Assembly (NCBI GenBank): GCA_963843575.1
Contig: CAWJKZ010000026.1
Coordinates: forward strand, 32,001-96,000
Length of the DNA: 64,000 nucleotides
Source of the DNA: an uncultured Acidobacteriota bacterium
GTDB lineage: Bacteria; Acidobacteriota; UBA6911
Reading direction: 5' to 3'
This document shows positions 28,607 to 38,995 of this stretch, piece after piece. Under the pieces are notes generated by a model. That model was not told the origin of the DNA. It did not search any database and worked only from the letters and a program-made list of their open reading frames with translations. Position 1 is the first letter of the stretch. Each line of letters opens with the position of its first letter. A program made the position numbers and the translations under genes.

Positions 28607-29089
28607 TCACATGAAAGCCTTGATCAGCTCCGTCTGGATGGACTTCAGGTTGGAGTGGGCGTGATCGAGTTCGGCGATCTTGGCCTCCAGGGTGCGCAGC
28701 AGGGCCCTCTTGTCCAGCCCGTTCTTTACGATCATCAGCAGATTATCGTTGTCCCAGGGTTTTTCGACATATTGGTACAGGCCGACGGTGTTGATCGCCT
28801 TGATGGCGTTTTCCTTGTCGGCGTAACCGGTCAGCAGTACCCGGATCGCCTGAGGCTGCAACTCCTTGTAGCGGGTCAGAAAGCTGATCCCGTCCATGCC
28901 GGGCATCAGGTAGTCGGATATGACGAGGTCCACGGGCTTGTCGGTTGCCTCGGCCAGGGCTTCCTCCGGCGAGGCGTACACGATGGTGTTGTAGTTCGTC
29001 TGCAGCCTGAACAGGTTCCGGAGCGAGGTCGTGACCATTTCCTCGTCGTCGAGGATGAGGATCGTCGGCCGGTAGTTATTGCTGTCCAT
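28607..29089 (-). CDS. Response regulator (receiver + short coiled coil, no DNA-binding domain)
   Basis: ILILDDE, DLVISDYLMPGMDG, LLTGYAD, YVEKPW. Confidence 0.9.
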   Translation of the reverse strand: MDSNNYRPTILILDDEEMVTTSLRNLFRLQTNYNTIVYASPEEALAEATDKPVDLVISDYLMPGMDGISFLTRYKELQPQAIRVLLTGYADKENAIKAINTVGLYQYVEKPWDNDNLLMIVKNGLDKRALLRTLEAKIAELDHAHSNLKSIQTELIKAFM

Positions 29090-30272
29090 TTGTGATCCTT
29101 TCGCCGGAGTGCGAGATCGGAAGAACGATGGTGAATGTAGATCCCCGGCCCGCTTCGCTTTCCACCTCGATCCTGCCGCCGTGGTCCTGGATGATCCGGT
29201 AGCAGATGGAGAGCCCGAGACCGGTTCCCAGGCCCGCCTTCTTGGTGGTGAAGCCGGGGTCGAACACCTTCGGCAAAACCTCCGGCGGGATGCCCTTCCC
29301 GTTGTCGGAGAATGCGATTCGGACCGTGTCGTCCTGCTCCCACGTGCGGATGCGGATTTCCCCCTCCCCCTCGATCGCCTGGGATGCATTCACCAGGATA
29401 TTCATGAAAACCTGGTTAAGCTGGTTAGGATAGCATTCGATCTCGCGCACGGCACCGAACTCCTTGACCACGCGGACTCGGCGTTTGAGTTCGTGGGCGA
29501 CGAGCGTAAGTGTGCTCTCTATCCCCTCGTGGATATCCACCTTCTTCCGCTCGGCCTCGTCCAGGCGGGCGAAGTTGCGCAGGCTTCTGACGATCTTGAC
29601 TATGCGCTCGCAGGCCATGCGGTTCGTGCGAATGGCGTCGTCGATCATAGACAGGATTTCCGCCAGGTTGCCCCCAGGCTGGAAGATTTCGGGCGGGACG
29701 TGCTCCCGCAGCAGCTGGTGCACCTTCTGGTTCGTGAGGCTGAAAATGTCGTTGTTGCTGTTGATGCTGGCCAGCGGCGTGTTTATTTCGTGCGCGATGC
29801 CGGCGACCAGGCTGCCTAGGGCGGCCATCTTCTCGGCTTGGACCAGCTGGCCCTGGGATTCGAGCAGCAGGCGGGATTTCTCCTCGAGTTCCTCCCGGAG
29901 GCGAGCGGCGTCTAGGCGCAGACGCCTCTGTTCGGCCGTGCGCACGACGACCCGGCGGATCTCTTCGGCGGCGGCCGGCCACATCACGTAGTCAGCGGCT
30001 CCCGTTTCCATGCACAGGGCGGCCCGCGTGGGATCGGCCGTGGCGACGAGGAGGGCAGCCGAAGGGGTGTGGCTCCGGGCGGCCTCGACCCACTGCGCGC
30101 ACGAATTTGCCGAAGCGTCGGCCCAGACCAGGAGGACCTCCGCCCCAGGCAGGACGTCCAAGGCACCTTCCACCGTCGTTGCCGTGACGACGTCGAACCC
30201 CGGAACCTCCAGGCAGTTCCGTATGGGCGCCGCGCCGTCATTTTCCTCGACGACCACAACCCGGTACGTCAT
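29076..30272 (-). CDS. Cytoplasmic histidine kinase with degenerate N-terminal receiver
   Basis: QAEKMAALGSLVAGIAHEINTPL, LNQVFMNILVNASQA, DNGKGI, FTTK, GTGLGL; no TM segment. Confidence 0.9.
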   Translation of the reverse strand: MTYRVVVVEENDGAAPIRNCLEVPGFDVVTATTVEGALDVLPGAEVLLVWADASANSCAQWVEAARSHTPSAALLVATADPTRAALCMETGAADYVMWPAAAEEIRRVVVRTAEQRRLRLDAARLREELEEKSRLLLESQGQLVQAEKMAALGSLVAGIAHEINTPLASINSNNDIFSLTNQKVHQLLREHVPPEIFQPGGNLAEILSMIDDAIRTNRMACERIVKIVRSLRNFARLDEAERKKVDIHEGIESTLTLVAHELKRRVRVVKEFGAVREIECYPNQLNQVFMNILVNASQAIEGEGEIRIRTWEQDDTVRIAFSDNGKGIPPEVLPKVFDPGFTTKKAGLGTGLGLSICYRIIQDHGGRIEVESEAGRGSTFTIVLPISHSGERITNGQQ

Positions 30273-30701
30273 CGCTGTGTTTCCACCACGCTGGCCAGGC
30301 GCCGGATGCGTGAGACCAGGTGCTTGAAAAGGCCCTCGACGATGTCGACGTGGTCCGACAGCACGTCGTAGAAGTCGTCCCTCGACACGTAGAGCAGCCG
30401 GGATTTTTCCAAGGTCGTGGCGGTCGTGAGTCTCGGTTCGTCGTCAAAGAGCGCCCAGACCCCGAACGAACCGTTCGGGCCGATGCGGTCTATTTCGTCT
30501 TTGCCGCGGACCATGCCCACGCGTTCCGGAGACGACCACATACAGGCCATCGGGGGGGTCGTTCTCACGATACAAGACCTCGCCGGCTCCCGCAGCGACC
30601 TCCTGCGCGAGGGCGGCGAAAAAGGAAATCTGTTCCGAGGTCACGTGGGAAAACAGGTCGATGTTCTGGAGCAGGAGAACTTTTTCAATAATCGTCAGCA
30701 T
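30269..30701 (-). CDS. Stand-alone cyclic-nucleotide-binding domain protein (one frameshift near 30510)
   Basis: MLTIIEKVLLLQNIDLFS...YRENDPPDGLYVVVSG / GPNGSFGVWALFDDEPRLTTA...SRDDFYDVL. Confidence 0.8.
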
Positions 30702-30710
30702 CCGTCGTCC

Positions 30711-33471
30711 TCAGGCACAGCGCTGCACGGCCCACTCAGCGGTCTCCCGGACGAGAGGCTCGCTGTCGTGGCGCAGGTTGCGGCATTCGTCCAGGAATTC
30801 CGTAAGGCATGCCCTCCCGATCTCGTGGAGCGCGCAGGCACGCAGCCAGACGTCCGGCTGGCGCAGAATGAGGCGCAGCGCTTCCTCCCGGCCGACCGCG
30901 CTAATGCCGAACAGGGAGCTGGCGCGGTTGATGAGACGCTCCGCCGAGGGTTCCTCGAGCAGGGGGAGAATAATCGTCTTCAGATTCTTGTGCAGGAGAT
31001 TGTCCAGGAACTCCAGGGCCGAGGCGCGGCGGTCCGCCCGGTTGCCGCGCAGCGCTGTGTATGCCGAATAGATGTCGTTCTGGGGATACTGCAGCCCGAG
31101 GAGCCGGAAAATGATCTCGAGGTTCTGGTCGAGCCGCTCCCTCAAGGCCCTCGGCAACAGCGTGCTCGCCGTAGTTTCGCTCCCGGGGTCGAATGCCTGC
31201 CACAGGACGAGCGCCTCGTAATAAGAGCGGGTCTGGGCGTAGATGTGTCCCGCGATGGCTGGATTTGCCGGGGGCAAGTCGGGAACCTGCGCGTGCAGCC
31301 GGTTCAGCGCCTTGACGACGCGATACTTCAGCAGGGGATCCTTGACCTCGAGCTGATCGACCAGCAGGGTGGCGGCGTGTTTGGATTGGATCCTGCCGAG
31401 CAGCCAGGGGATCTCCCGTCTCAGGGCGAGGTCTCTGCGCCCATCGGCCAACACGTCTCCCAGGGTGCCGGCGATGTGCGGCCCGTACATCAGGAGCGCC
31501 TCGCGCGTTGCACGCCGCATCTGCCTCACGGTCAGGAACTTGATGATCTCGAAAAGCATTTCCGGATCCGCCGTCACGCCGGAGGCGCGGACGGCGGCTC
31601 TCCTGACCTCCACCTCCGTGTCCTCGAGCAGCTGCCGCAGTATCCCAATGGTGTCCCGGCGCGGGAGCCGCACCGCAAGCTTGGCGGCCGTCGCGCGTGC
31701 CGCGGCTGTGTGTGCCCCCTCGGTCGCAATCAACTGGCGCACCGACTCGAGGGAGGGCTTGATACTCCCCACGTCGTGCTCTGCCACCCAGTCTGCGGCT
31801 GCGAGCCTGATCTCGGTGCGTTCGTGCCTGAGCAGCGCCTGCAGCGAGGTCGGACCGGCCGCAGGTTCATGGGCGCAGAGGTAATCTACGGCGGCCCGCC
31901 GGACACCAGGCACAGGATCGTCCAAGAGCGGGCGGACCCGGTCCGCCTGATTGCCCGGCAAGACCCCGAGTGTCCGCACCGCTTCCTCCCGGACGTGGGG
32001 TGAATCGTGGCGCAGGAGGGGAAGCAGATCCTTCGAGAAATCGACGCTGCCTGCGGATTGCAGAAGCCTGAGCGCGTAGAGGATCTGGCGTTCCTGGTTC
32101 CCCTCCAGGGTGCCGAGCAGGAGGCGGATGGACTCGGGATCGGTGACGAAGCGGTTCACCTCGCTCAGGTCCAGCTCGCGACGGCTCAACTGCTGGCGGA
32201 AGGCGGCCAGGTAGGAGTTGCGGAGCTCCAGGCAGATGTAGATCGACGCCGCGGTGAGGCCGATGATCGCCACCGACGAACCCCGCAGCCCCAGGGGGAG
32301 GTAACGGGTCGTCACGCCGAAGATGATGACCCCGGCCAGCGCGCGCCCGACACGGTCGATGAACACGTCGATGAACAGTTTAATCTTCTTGCGGACCTCC
32401 GGCGACAAGGGCATGTAGAGGAGTTCCAGACCGGCCCGGTTGAGGGAGTAGCGGAAGACCGAGTCGCTTCCTTCCACCAGGACCGTCATCAACAGTGTCG
32501 GGGCGATCAGAACCCCGACCGACGAGACGAGCACGGCCGAGGGGAGGAACAGCGTGGCGGCCCAGATTCCGAAGCGCCGGACGACGATGCCGGTGGCCAG
32601 GATCTGCAGGGCAATCCCGACGATGTTGGTGTAGAAGTTGAAGCTCGCGAAAAACTCGTCGATTCTCGCGTGTTGTTGTTCCCTGGGCACACCCGAGAAC
32701 GCCCTCTGGACGGCGTCGTTGATCTGCCAGTCGGCCAGCTGCGAGGTGATCATGATGAGGAGGATGAAGACCACCATGAGCGAGCAGGTGCCGCGATCCG
32801 AAGACCATCCGCAGCAAGTCGCTGGTTTTCTCCCCCTCCGTTTCGAACCTGCGTTGTGCGCGGACGGGGGCGGTATCCTTGCGCCGGTAGCGCCACGCGA
32901 CAAAGCTCAGGAGGATCAGCCCCGTGCAGATCGCGACGCAGATGAGCAGCAGCCTTCCCGTTCCGAGGGGCACCCGCAGCTCCCGCACCAGGAAGCTCCC
33001 GGTCAGGGCTCCGGTGCTCGCGCCGGCGCCAAGAAGCCCGTAGATCCGCTTGGCCTGGCGGTTGTCGTAGATGTACCCGGCCAGGAGCCAGAACTGAGCC
33101 ACCAGGAGGACGGGAGCGACCTGCACGTAGACGTAATAGATGTAAGGCAGCAGGTTGATGTCGCGCCCCATTGCCCAGCCGAAGTAGAAGAGCGTCCCGA
33201 TCATCAGGATGTTGGTGGCGGTGATGAGCGCGATCGCCGAGAGCCTGCGCCCGAGCTTGAAGATCGGCGTGGCGAGCGTGCCGGCAAACAGCGCGCTTAG
33301 CCAGTAGGCATACACCAGGTGGCTGGAGGGGAGATTGGTCAAGAAAAGGCCGCTGCGCAGGGGTTTCAGGATGTAGTAGGAGGTCAAGGCGCCGAAGATG
33401 TAAAGGAACATCAGCGAGGTGACCAGTCCCTCGCCGCGCCTTATCGGGATCCAATCGGATAGCCACTTCAT
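30711..33471 (-). CDS. Npt1/Npt2-like (TLC/NTT) nucleotide transporter fused to HEAT repeats (frameshift near 32780)
   Basis: IRRGEG, SYYILKPLRSGLFL, QFWLLAGYIYDNRQAKRIYG, FRYSLNRAGLELLYMPL, KIKLFIDVFIDRVG, followed by HEAT repeats. Confidence 0.85.
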
Positions 33472-33677
33472 CTGGACGTCTCACTCTCAGTTCCGGCGCG
33501 TGAACCGCCCTGACCGGATTTTCCAGATTGGCTTTTTCCGGCTCAACCTACCAGAGCTCATCCCGCGCGCCGGCCGCCGATGCGTCGTCTCCAAGCCAAA
33601 GGATACAGTGATAATATGTAGTGGGTAGAACAAAATGTCGGCTATATCCCTGGCCCGTATCCCGTGCCCGGTGACCT

Positions 33678-35135
33678 ATGGCTTCCCCGCAACCGGCCCC
33701 CGAGAACGCGCGCGTCTTCCATTGGCCTGCTTGCCTGCTGCCGGCGGTGGCCGTTGTCGTTTACCTGGCAGGCCGGAGCCCATTTCTTGGTCAGTGGGAC
33801 AGTTTTGACTACCTGAAGGAAACGGTCACCCACAGTCTTTCCTCCCTCGGTTTCGGGCGATCCGTATTCGTCGGCTACAATATCGTGCTCTGGGAAGTTT
33901 CCCGGCGGGCCTTCCACTTGTCGCCGCTCGAGTTCGAGGATGTGGCGCTGCTGGTGGTGGTTTTGCTGGGGGCGGCGGGGGTCTGGCTTTTCGAGCGCCT
34001 CGCGCGCGGGCTGCTGCCCGCGACCGCGGCCCGGATGGCTGCGCTCGCTTTTCTGCTGTCGCCTTCCTACGCCGTCTATGCCGGCTACTTCATGGCGGAC
34101 GTGCCGATGCTCGTGGCGGCATTGGCGGGCGCCGCCGTGCTCTGGCCCGAACAGTCCCGCGGCCGCGCGCTGCGGGATGCCTGCGCGGGGATCCTGTTCG
34201 GCCTGTCGATCGGGTTGCGCGAGCAGGCCGCCACGCTGGGCCCGGCGTTTCTCTGGATCCTGTGGGTGCGGCGGCCGGCAGGGCGTCAGCGGCTGCGCTC
34301 GGTGGCCGCCTTCGGGCTGTGTGCGGCGGTCGTGACGCTCGCCCCGGTCGTGGCGCTGTATCTCCACGACGCGGACGCATTTGCCCTGAGGATGAACGCC
34401 TGGCTGGCCGCAATACCAATGGGTCGGGCGCATTTTTGGCTCAATGTGCAGGCCAGCGTGCTCTTCACGCTCGCACTCTGTCCCGCCGCTTGGCTGGCCC
34501 TCGCCTGGGCGGCGTTGCGCCGTTTTCGAAACCGCGCTTCGTTGCGTGGCCTTGCACCCCGACCTGCAGCACTGGCCGGTGTCGTCTGCTTTCTCCTGGT
34601 CCCGGTGGCGGCCCTCTGGCGCGACGCAGACGTGCAGTTTCACCCGCGATACACGCTGCTGGCCTTGCCGGCTGCGGTGATCGTCTGCACCCATTTCTAC
34701 CATCGCTGGCTCCCGTCGGGTCGCGCCGCCGTCGTCTGGGCGCTCCTGCAGGTGGCCGCCTTCGGCCTGGCACAGGCCACGCTCGCACCGTTCCGCCAGG
34801 CGCAGGCAGAAAGGAAGGAGTACGCCCGGACCGTTCGTGAAGCCCTGCCGGGACCCGCCATGCTGGTGGCCGGCAGCTACAGCCCGGTGTTCGACTACTA
34901 TCGGGCCGCTGCGGACAGGCCGGGCTGGCAAGTCCTCTGGTCGGGTTGGGGCTGGTCCGGTCGGTCTGCGGAGACGGCAATCCGGGCGGCGTGGGCGCGC
35001 GGCCAGTCTCTCTACCTCTGTGACGGCCCAACCGCCTGGCTGCGCTTCGAAGACGAACGTCTCGACCTCCATTTCATCCTGCAAGGCCACAGGCAAGAGT
35101 CGATCGCCCCCGGCCTGTCCCGGTTCTACCCGTGA
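33678..35135 (+). CDS. Multi-TM protein, GT-C / ArnT-like glycosyltransferase
   Basis: GQWDSFDY first loop, many TM helices, HPRYTL. Confidence 0.6.
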   Translation: MASPQPAPENARVFHWPACLLPAVAVVVYLAGRSPFLGQWDSFDYLKETVTHSLSSLGFGRSVFVGYNIVLWEVSRRAFHLSPLEFEDVALLVVVLLGAAGVWLFERLARGLLPATAARMAALAFLLSPSYAVYAGYFMADVPMLVAALAGAAVLWPEQSRGRALRDACAGILFGLSIGLREQAATLGPAFLWILWVRRPAGRQRLRSVAAFGLCAAVVTLAPVVALYLHDADAFALRMNAWLAAIPMGRAHFWLNVQASVLFTLALCPAAWLALAWAALRRFRNRASLRGLAPRPAALAGVVCFLLVPVAALWRDADVQFHPRYTLLALPAAVIVCTHFYHRWLPSGRAAVVWALLQVAAFGLAQATLAPFRQAQAERKEYARTVREALPGPAMLVAGSYSPVFDYYRAAADRPGWQVLWSGWGWSGRSAETAIRAAWARGQSLYLCDGPTAWLRFEDERLDLHFILQGHRQESIAPGLSRFYP

Positions 35136-35307
35136 CCTTCTTCGATCCCCTCGAGAGCTTCAAGTCCTGGAGTTGAGCCGTGGAATTCACCTCGAGCCTC
35201 CAACGCATTCCCGAAGTCGTTCCCGGGCTCCGGGGTTGTGTGCAGTGCGGCACGAACTAGGCTAGAATTGCCCGGCTTCTTGCAGACAGAGGGGAGAAAG
35301 GCAAGGC

Positions 35308-35830
35308 ATGTCGTCACCATCGTTAACGGTAGTTGTAGTTACTGGAAACGCCCGGGACAGGATCTCGCGTCTGCTCGATGCCCTGGCGAAGCAAAGCATT
35401 GCCGGGTCGCTGGAGGTTGTCGTCGTCAGCCTGGCTTCCTCGGAACCGGGCATTGCCTTCCCTCCGGGGATGGAGGCCACCCTGGCTCACCATCCCGGCA
35501 GCTGCGATCTGGGGAGGGCGCGCGCAGAGGGAGTGCGCCGGGCACGTGCTCCGTTGATTGCGTCACCCCGCTTGCGGCGGCATTGATCGCGTGTTTGGAT
35601 TCGACCTCGGCCGCAAAGCCCTGCCGCCGCCCCGCGACGACCTGCGCGACCAGTTTGCCCGCCTGTGCGGTTATTGCGGCTGTTTCCGCGTGTTCAGCCG
35701 CCGGGTGCGACCCGACTTCGAGTTGCGCCCCTCTCGGGAGGAAACGGCCCGACGTGGACTGGTTTCCAGGAGCTGGCGCGAGGCCTACCGCCGCTACCGG
35801 GAAGCGTCGCCGCGCCTGGTTCCTTATTGA
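35308..35830 (+). pseudogene. GT2 N-terminal fragment abutting an unrelated Cys-containing C-terminal fragment
   Basis: PSLTVVVVT...LEVVVV...ARAEGVRRARAPLIA stops before the DxD motif; another frame gives CGGIDRVFGFDLGRK...LCGYCGCF...SWREAYRRY*. Confidence 0.5.
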
Positions 35831-35870
35831 TCGAGGCAGGAAAATGAGGCCGGGCGGACCCACGGGGTTG

Positions 35871-37868
35871 TCAGGGTTCTGTGTTCTTGGACAGACGTTC
35901 GAGCTGCGCGGACACGAAGGGACTGGGTTCGAGCGACAGCGCCCGCTCGAAGGCCTCGCGGGCCTCGCGGTACCGGCCCAGGTGCAGACAGAGCGTGCCG
36001 ATGTTCGCGTGTGCGGGGGCGAAATCGGGGTTGATCGCGGCGGCCCGCCGGAATTCGACGAGCGCCTCCTGCAGGTGAACCGGGCCGAGCTTTACCGCGA
36101 GCAGCCCGAGTGTAAAGTGGTTGCGGAAAGACTCCGGGTGCTCGCTCGCGTTGACCGCCATCTCGGCGCGGAAAAGCGAGAGTGTGTCCGGGTCGCGGGC
36201 CAGCGGCTCGAGGTAGGCCGAAACCTGCATCGGCTGTACCGTCCTGATTTCGCTCTCCAGCACGGCGTCGTTTCTGCCGTTGCGTCGCACGTAGATCGCG
36301 ACCACGTCGTCGAAATAGACCAGCGCCCATTCGGCGCGGGGGAAAGCAAGGGTGTCGAGGCTGTCTTCCGGTCTCGCAGGGGGTTGTTCGGGGTAGCGCA
36401 CGACGGCGTAGTCGATCCCGTACTTCTCAACGAGGTCCCGCCAATTCTTGCGTGAGTCGAATGCGTGCACGTACTCGGACAAGATCCCAGGCCCCAGGTA
36501 GACGTCCTCGCGCCCGTCTATGAACACCTTGTGGTCGGGCCCGAGCCTCCAGATCAGGTATCCTCCGATCCCATACGTGTTGAACATGTGCCCGCGGATG
36601 CCGGACGCCTCCAGGAAATCGACCCCGCTCACCGCAAAGACCCCCGAGTGCACCCCGACCCCGAACCTGTAAAAGTACGTCTGGCTCTCGAGCTGCACCA
36701 CCCGGGCAATTAGCAGCGTTGCCGCAAGGGCGGGGACCCACGCCCGGATACGCCCGAGCCATCGGCCCTGGCTCAGGTGCCATGCCAATGTGGGGGCGAG
36801 GAGAAAGACTAGGAGGGGGCGAAAACGGAAAAAGACCAGGGTCAAGGCGAGCAGCAGTGGGAGCAGGAGCCATTCGTAGAGCCGGACGCGCCGCGGCCGC
36901 AGGGCGAAAAACAGGGCCAGGAGGGCCGCGAACACGAGGTAGAGCACGATGGAGAGGTCGACCCCGGCGCGGATCGTCGAGGCCAGGGACTGGAATTCTT
37001 TGTTGTCGAGCGGGCTCTCGGTGCGCAGCAGGCCGTAGAACAGCGCTTTGTAGCCGTGCGGATTCAGGAAGGACGCCGCGACCACGCCCGCAAGCGCCGC
37101 CGCGTGTGGGGCCAGGGCTCTCGAGCCGGCCCGGGAGACTCCACCCGCGGCCGGGCGCCGCTCCCAGGCGCAGTCGAGCAGGAGCGCGCCGGCTAGCGCC
37201 CACCCGAGCAGTGCCGTCCCTCCGTGAAGGTTCACCCACAGCAACTGGGCCGCGGGAAGGAGGGCAAGGAGCCCCGGTTTCACGGCACTCTTCTCGCAGA
37301 CCAGGAGGAACAACGCCGCCAGCGGGATCGAAAGCAGTTCCGGCCGTTCGGTGAAGCGCATGCGCGAGACCGCATATGCGGCCGCGAGCACCAGAAGCGT
37401 GGCGCCGGGCAGGGCCCTCCGGAGGCGCGCGGTCCAGGCAGTCAAGCCGAGCAGCAACGCGACGAGCAAGGCCTTGCCCGCGACGATCGCGGCCGTCCCG
37501 CCGGCCCGGTACGCCCAGTAGGAGATGAGCCCGAAAAGCCACTCGTGCGAAACCCAGGGCTGGCCTGCTGCGGTGTAGGAAAACGGGTCCAGGCGCGGTA
37601 TCGCGCGGTTTTGCAGGATCCAGGCCCCGGTCTTGAGATGCCACCAGAGGTCCAGAGATCGGATGTCACAGAAGGAGATGACGGCGGCGCAGGCGAGCAG
37701 CGGGGCCAGATAGGGCCAGAATCGGATCCCCGTGGGCGCGGCGGGCCCGATCAGGAAATTCGAGGCCCCTGAGCCCCCGCGGCCGGCGCGCGGCGACGCG
37801 GGGTGGCCGGTCCGGCCCCTGCGCCCCGCCTGCCCGGACGCCAGGCGCGCCCCCCGGGGAGCTGTCAC
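35871..37868 (-). CDS. Multi-TM GT-C-like protein with C-terminal TPR repeats
   Basis: DLWWHLKTG...DPFSYT...HEWL, RPE, LWVNLHGG, FIDGR; TPR segment INPDFAPAHANIG. Confidence 0.75.
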   Translation of the reverse strand: MTAPRGARLASGQAGRRGRTGHPASPRAGRGGSGASNFLIGPAAPTGIRFWPYLAPLLACAAVISFCDIRSLDLWWHLKTGAWILQNRAIPRLDPFSYTAAGQPWVSHEWLFGLISYWAYRAGGTAAIVAGKALLVALLLGLTAWTARLRRALPGATLLVLAAAYAVSRMRFTERPELLSIPLAALFLLVCEKSAVKPGLLALLPAAQLLWVNLHGGTALLGWALAGALLLDCAWERRPAAGGVSRAGSRALAPHAAALAGVVAASFLNPHGYKALFYGLLRTESPLDNKEFQSLASTIRAGVDLSIVLYLVFAALLALFFALRPRRVRLYEWLLLPLLLALTLVFFRFRPLLVFLLAPTLAWHLSQGRWLGRIRAWVPALAATLLIARVVQLESQTYFYRFGVGVHSGVFAVSGVDFLEASGIRGHMFNTYGIGGYLIWRLGPDHKVFIDGREDVYLGPGILSEYVHAFDSRKNWRDLVEKYGIDYAVVRYPEQPPARPEDSLDTLAFPRAEWALVYFDDVVAIYVRRNGRNDAVLESEIRTVQPMQVSAYLEPLARDPDTLSLFRAEMAVNASEHPESFRNHFTLGLLAVKLGPVHLQEALVEFRRAAAINPDFAPAHANIGTLCLHLGRYREAREAFERALSLEPSPFVSAQLERLSKNTEP

Positions 37869-38992
37869 GGCAGGAACCGCTCCGGGTGGCGGAGCTTCTC
37901 CGGGAGATATGTGTCGATAACGTAATTCAGGCCGTGCTTGGCCAGTGCCTGCTGCTCGGCGCGCACGCCCATTTTGAGTAGTTGCTCCATGGCGTGAATC
38001 CAGGCCTCGTGGTGCCGGATGAAGGGATCGTTCTTGATCGCGTCGCGCGCGCGTTTGACGTCGACATCCTTGAGCGGATGGGTCGGCAGCTTGTAGTCGA
38101 CGATGTCCTGCGGCGTGATGCCGAGGAACGACGCCTGGGGCACGCAGAAGAACTCGTTCAGGTGTGCGGCGTTCCCGGATCCGACCTTCAGCGTCCGGTA
38201 GATGTTAGTGATGCCGTAGGGATCGCCGTCCACGAAAACGTACACCGGGATCTTCTTGAAATCGGCCAGCCGTCGTATGAACCGCCGGCAGGCACGGGTC
38301 GGGACGCCCCCCATGCTGACGAGAATGCAGTTGGCCTTTTTCCAGTAGTTGTGTTTCACGAGCCGCTGGAACATCCCGGCGGTTTCGATGACGAGGATGA
38401 AACTCGCCGAGGTCTCGAACTGGAGACTCTCGACGGAGATGGGAACGCTGTAGGCCCCGGAGCCGAACTTGGTGCAGTCGATGCGCAGCATCTTCCCGGT
38501 GTCCCGGTCGCGATCGAGCACGATGAGACGTCCTGCGACGTCGCCCCCCTTCTCCTCGGGTATGAATCCAAGCTGCTCGCGGTTCACGGCGAAAAAGGCC
38601 TCGACGTCGTCCATCACGGTGTCGGATTCGGGCTGCTCGTTGAAGCGCGCGTCCTCCCAGTTCTTGGAGACGTAGTACGCCTCTCTCTTGGTGGCGATGT
38701 CGTCGTTGGCGACCAGCTCTTTCGAGAGCGCCATCATCCGGAGGGTCTGCGCGAAGGTCTTGACGGTGTTGACCGTCAGGGTGCGCTCTTTCTTCTGGCC
38801 GGCGATCTCGAAAAAGCCGCGCTGAGGCGTGTACCGCACGTTGGTCAGCGAGCGGACAGGGAACTTCATGGTCGGTTTTTTGCGCGCCATGATTTTTCTG
38901 TGGATCTCGGCGGCGGATGCGTCGATGGCCGACAACACCTTCCTGCTGGCGGCGCTGGCGGCTTCGGATTTGCTGCTCTTCTTGCCGGGCAT
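37865..38992 (-). CDS. top6A: DNA topoisomerase VI subunit A
   Basis: ATKREAYY (catalytic Tyr region), FNEQPESD, toprim ILVIET...GGVPTRACR...DGDPYG, RAEQQAL. Confidence 0.93.
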   Translation of the reverse strand: MPGKKSSKSEAASAASRKVLSAIDASAAEIHRKIMARKKPTMKFPVRSLTNVRYTPQRGFFEIAGQKKERTLTVNTVKTFAQTLRMMALSKELVANDDIATKREAYYVSKNWEDARFNEQPESDTVMDDVEAFFAVNREQLGFIPEEKGGDVAGRLIVLDRDRDTGKMLRIDCTKFGSGAYSVPISVESLQFETSASFILVIETAGMFQRLVKHNYWKKANCILVSMGGVPTRACRRFIRRLADFKKIPVYVFVDGDPYGITNIYRTLKVGSGNAAHLNEFFCVPQASFLGITPQDIVDYKLPTHPLKDVDVKRARDAIKNDPFIRHHEAWIHAMEQLLKMGVRAEQQALAKHGLNYVIDTYLPEKLRHPERFLP

Positions 38993-38995
38993 GGG

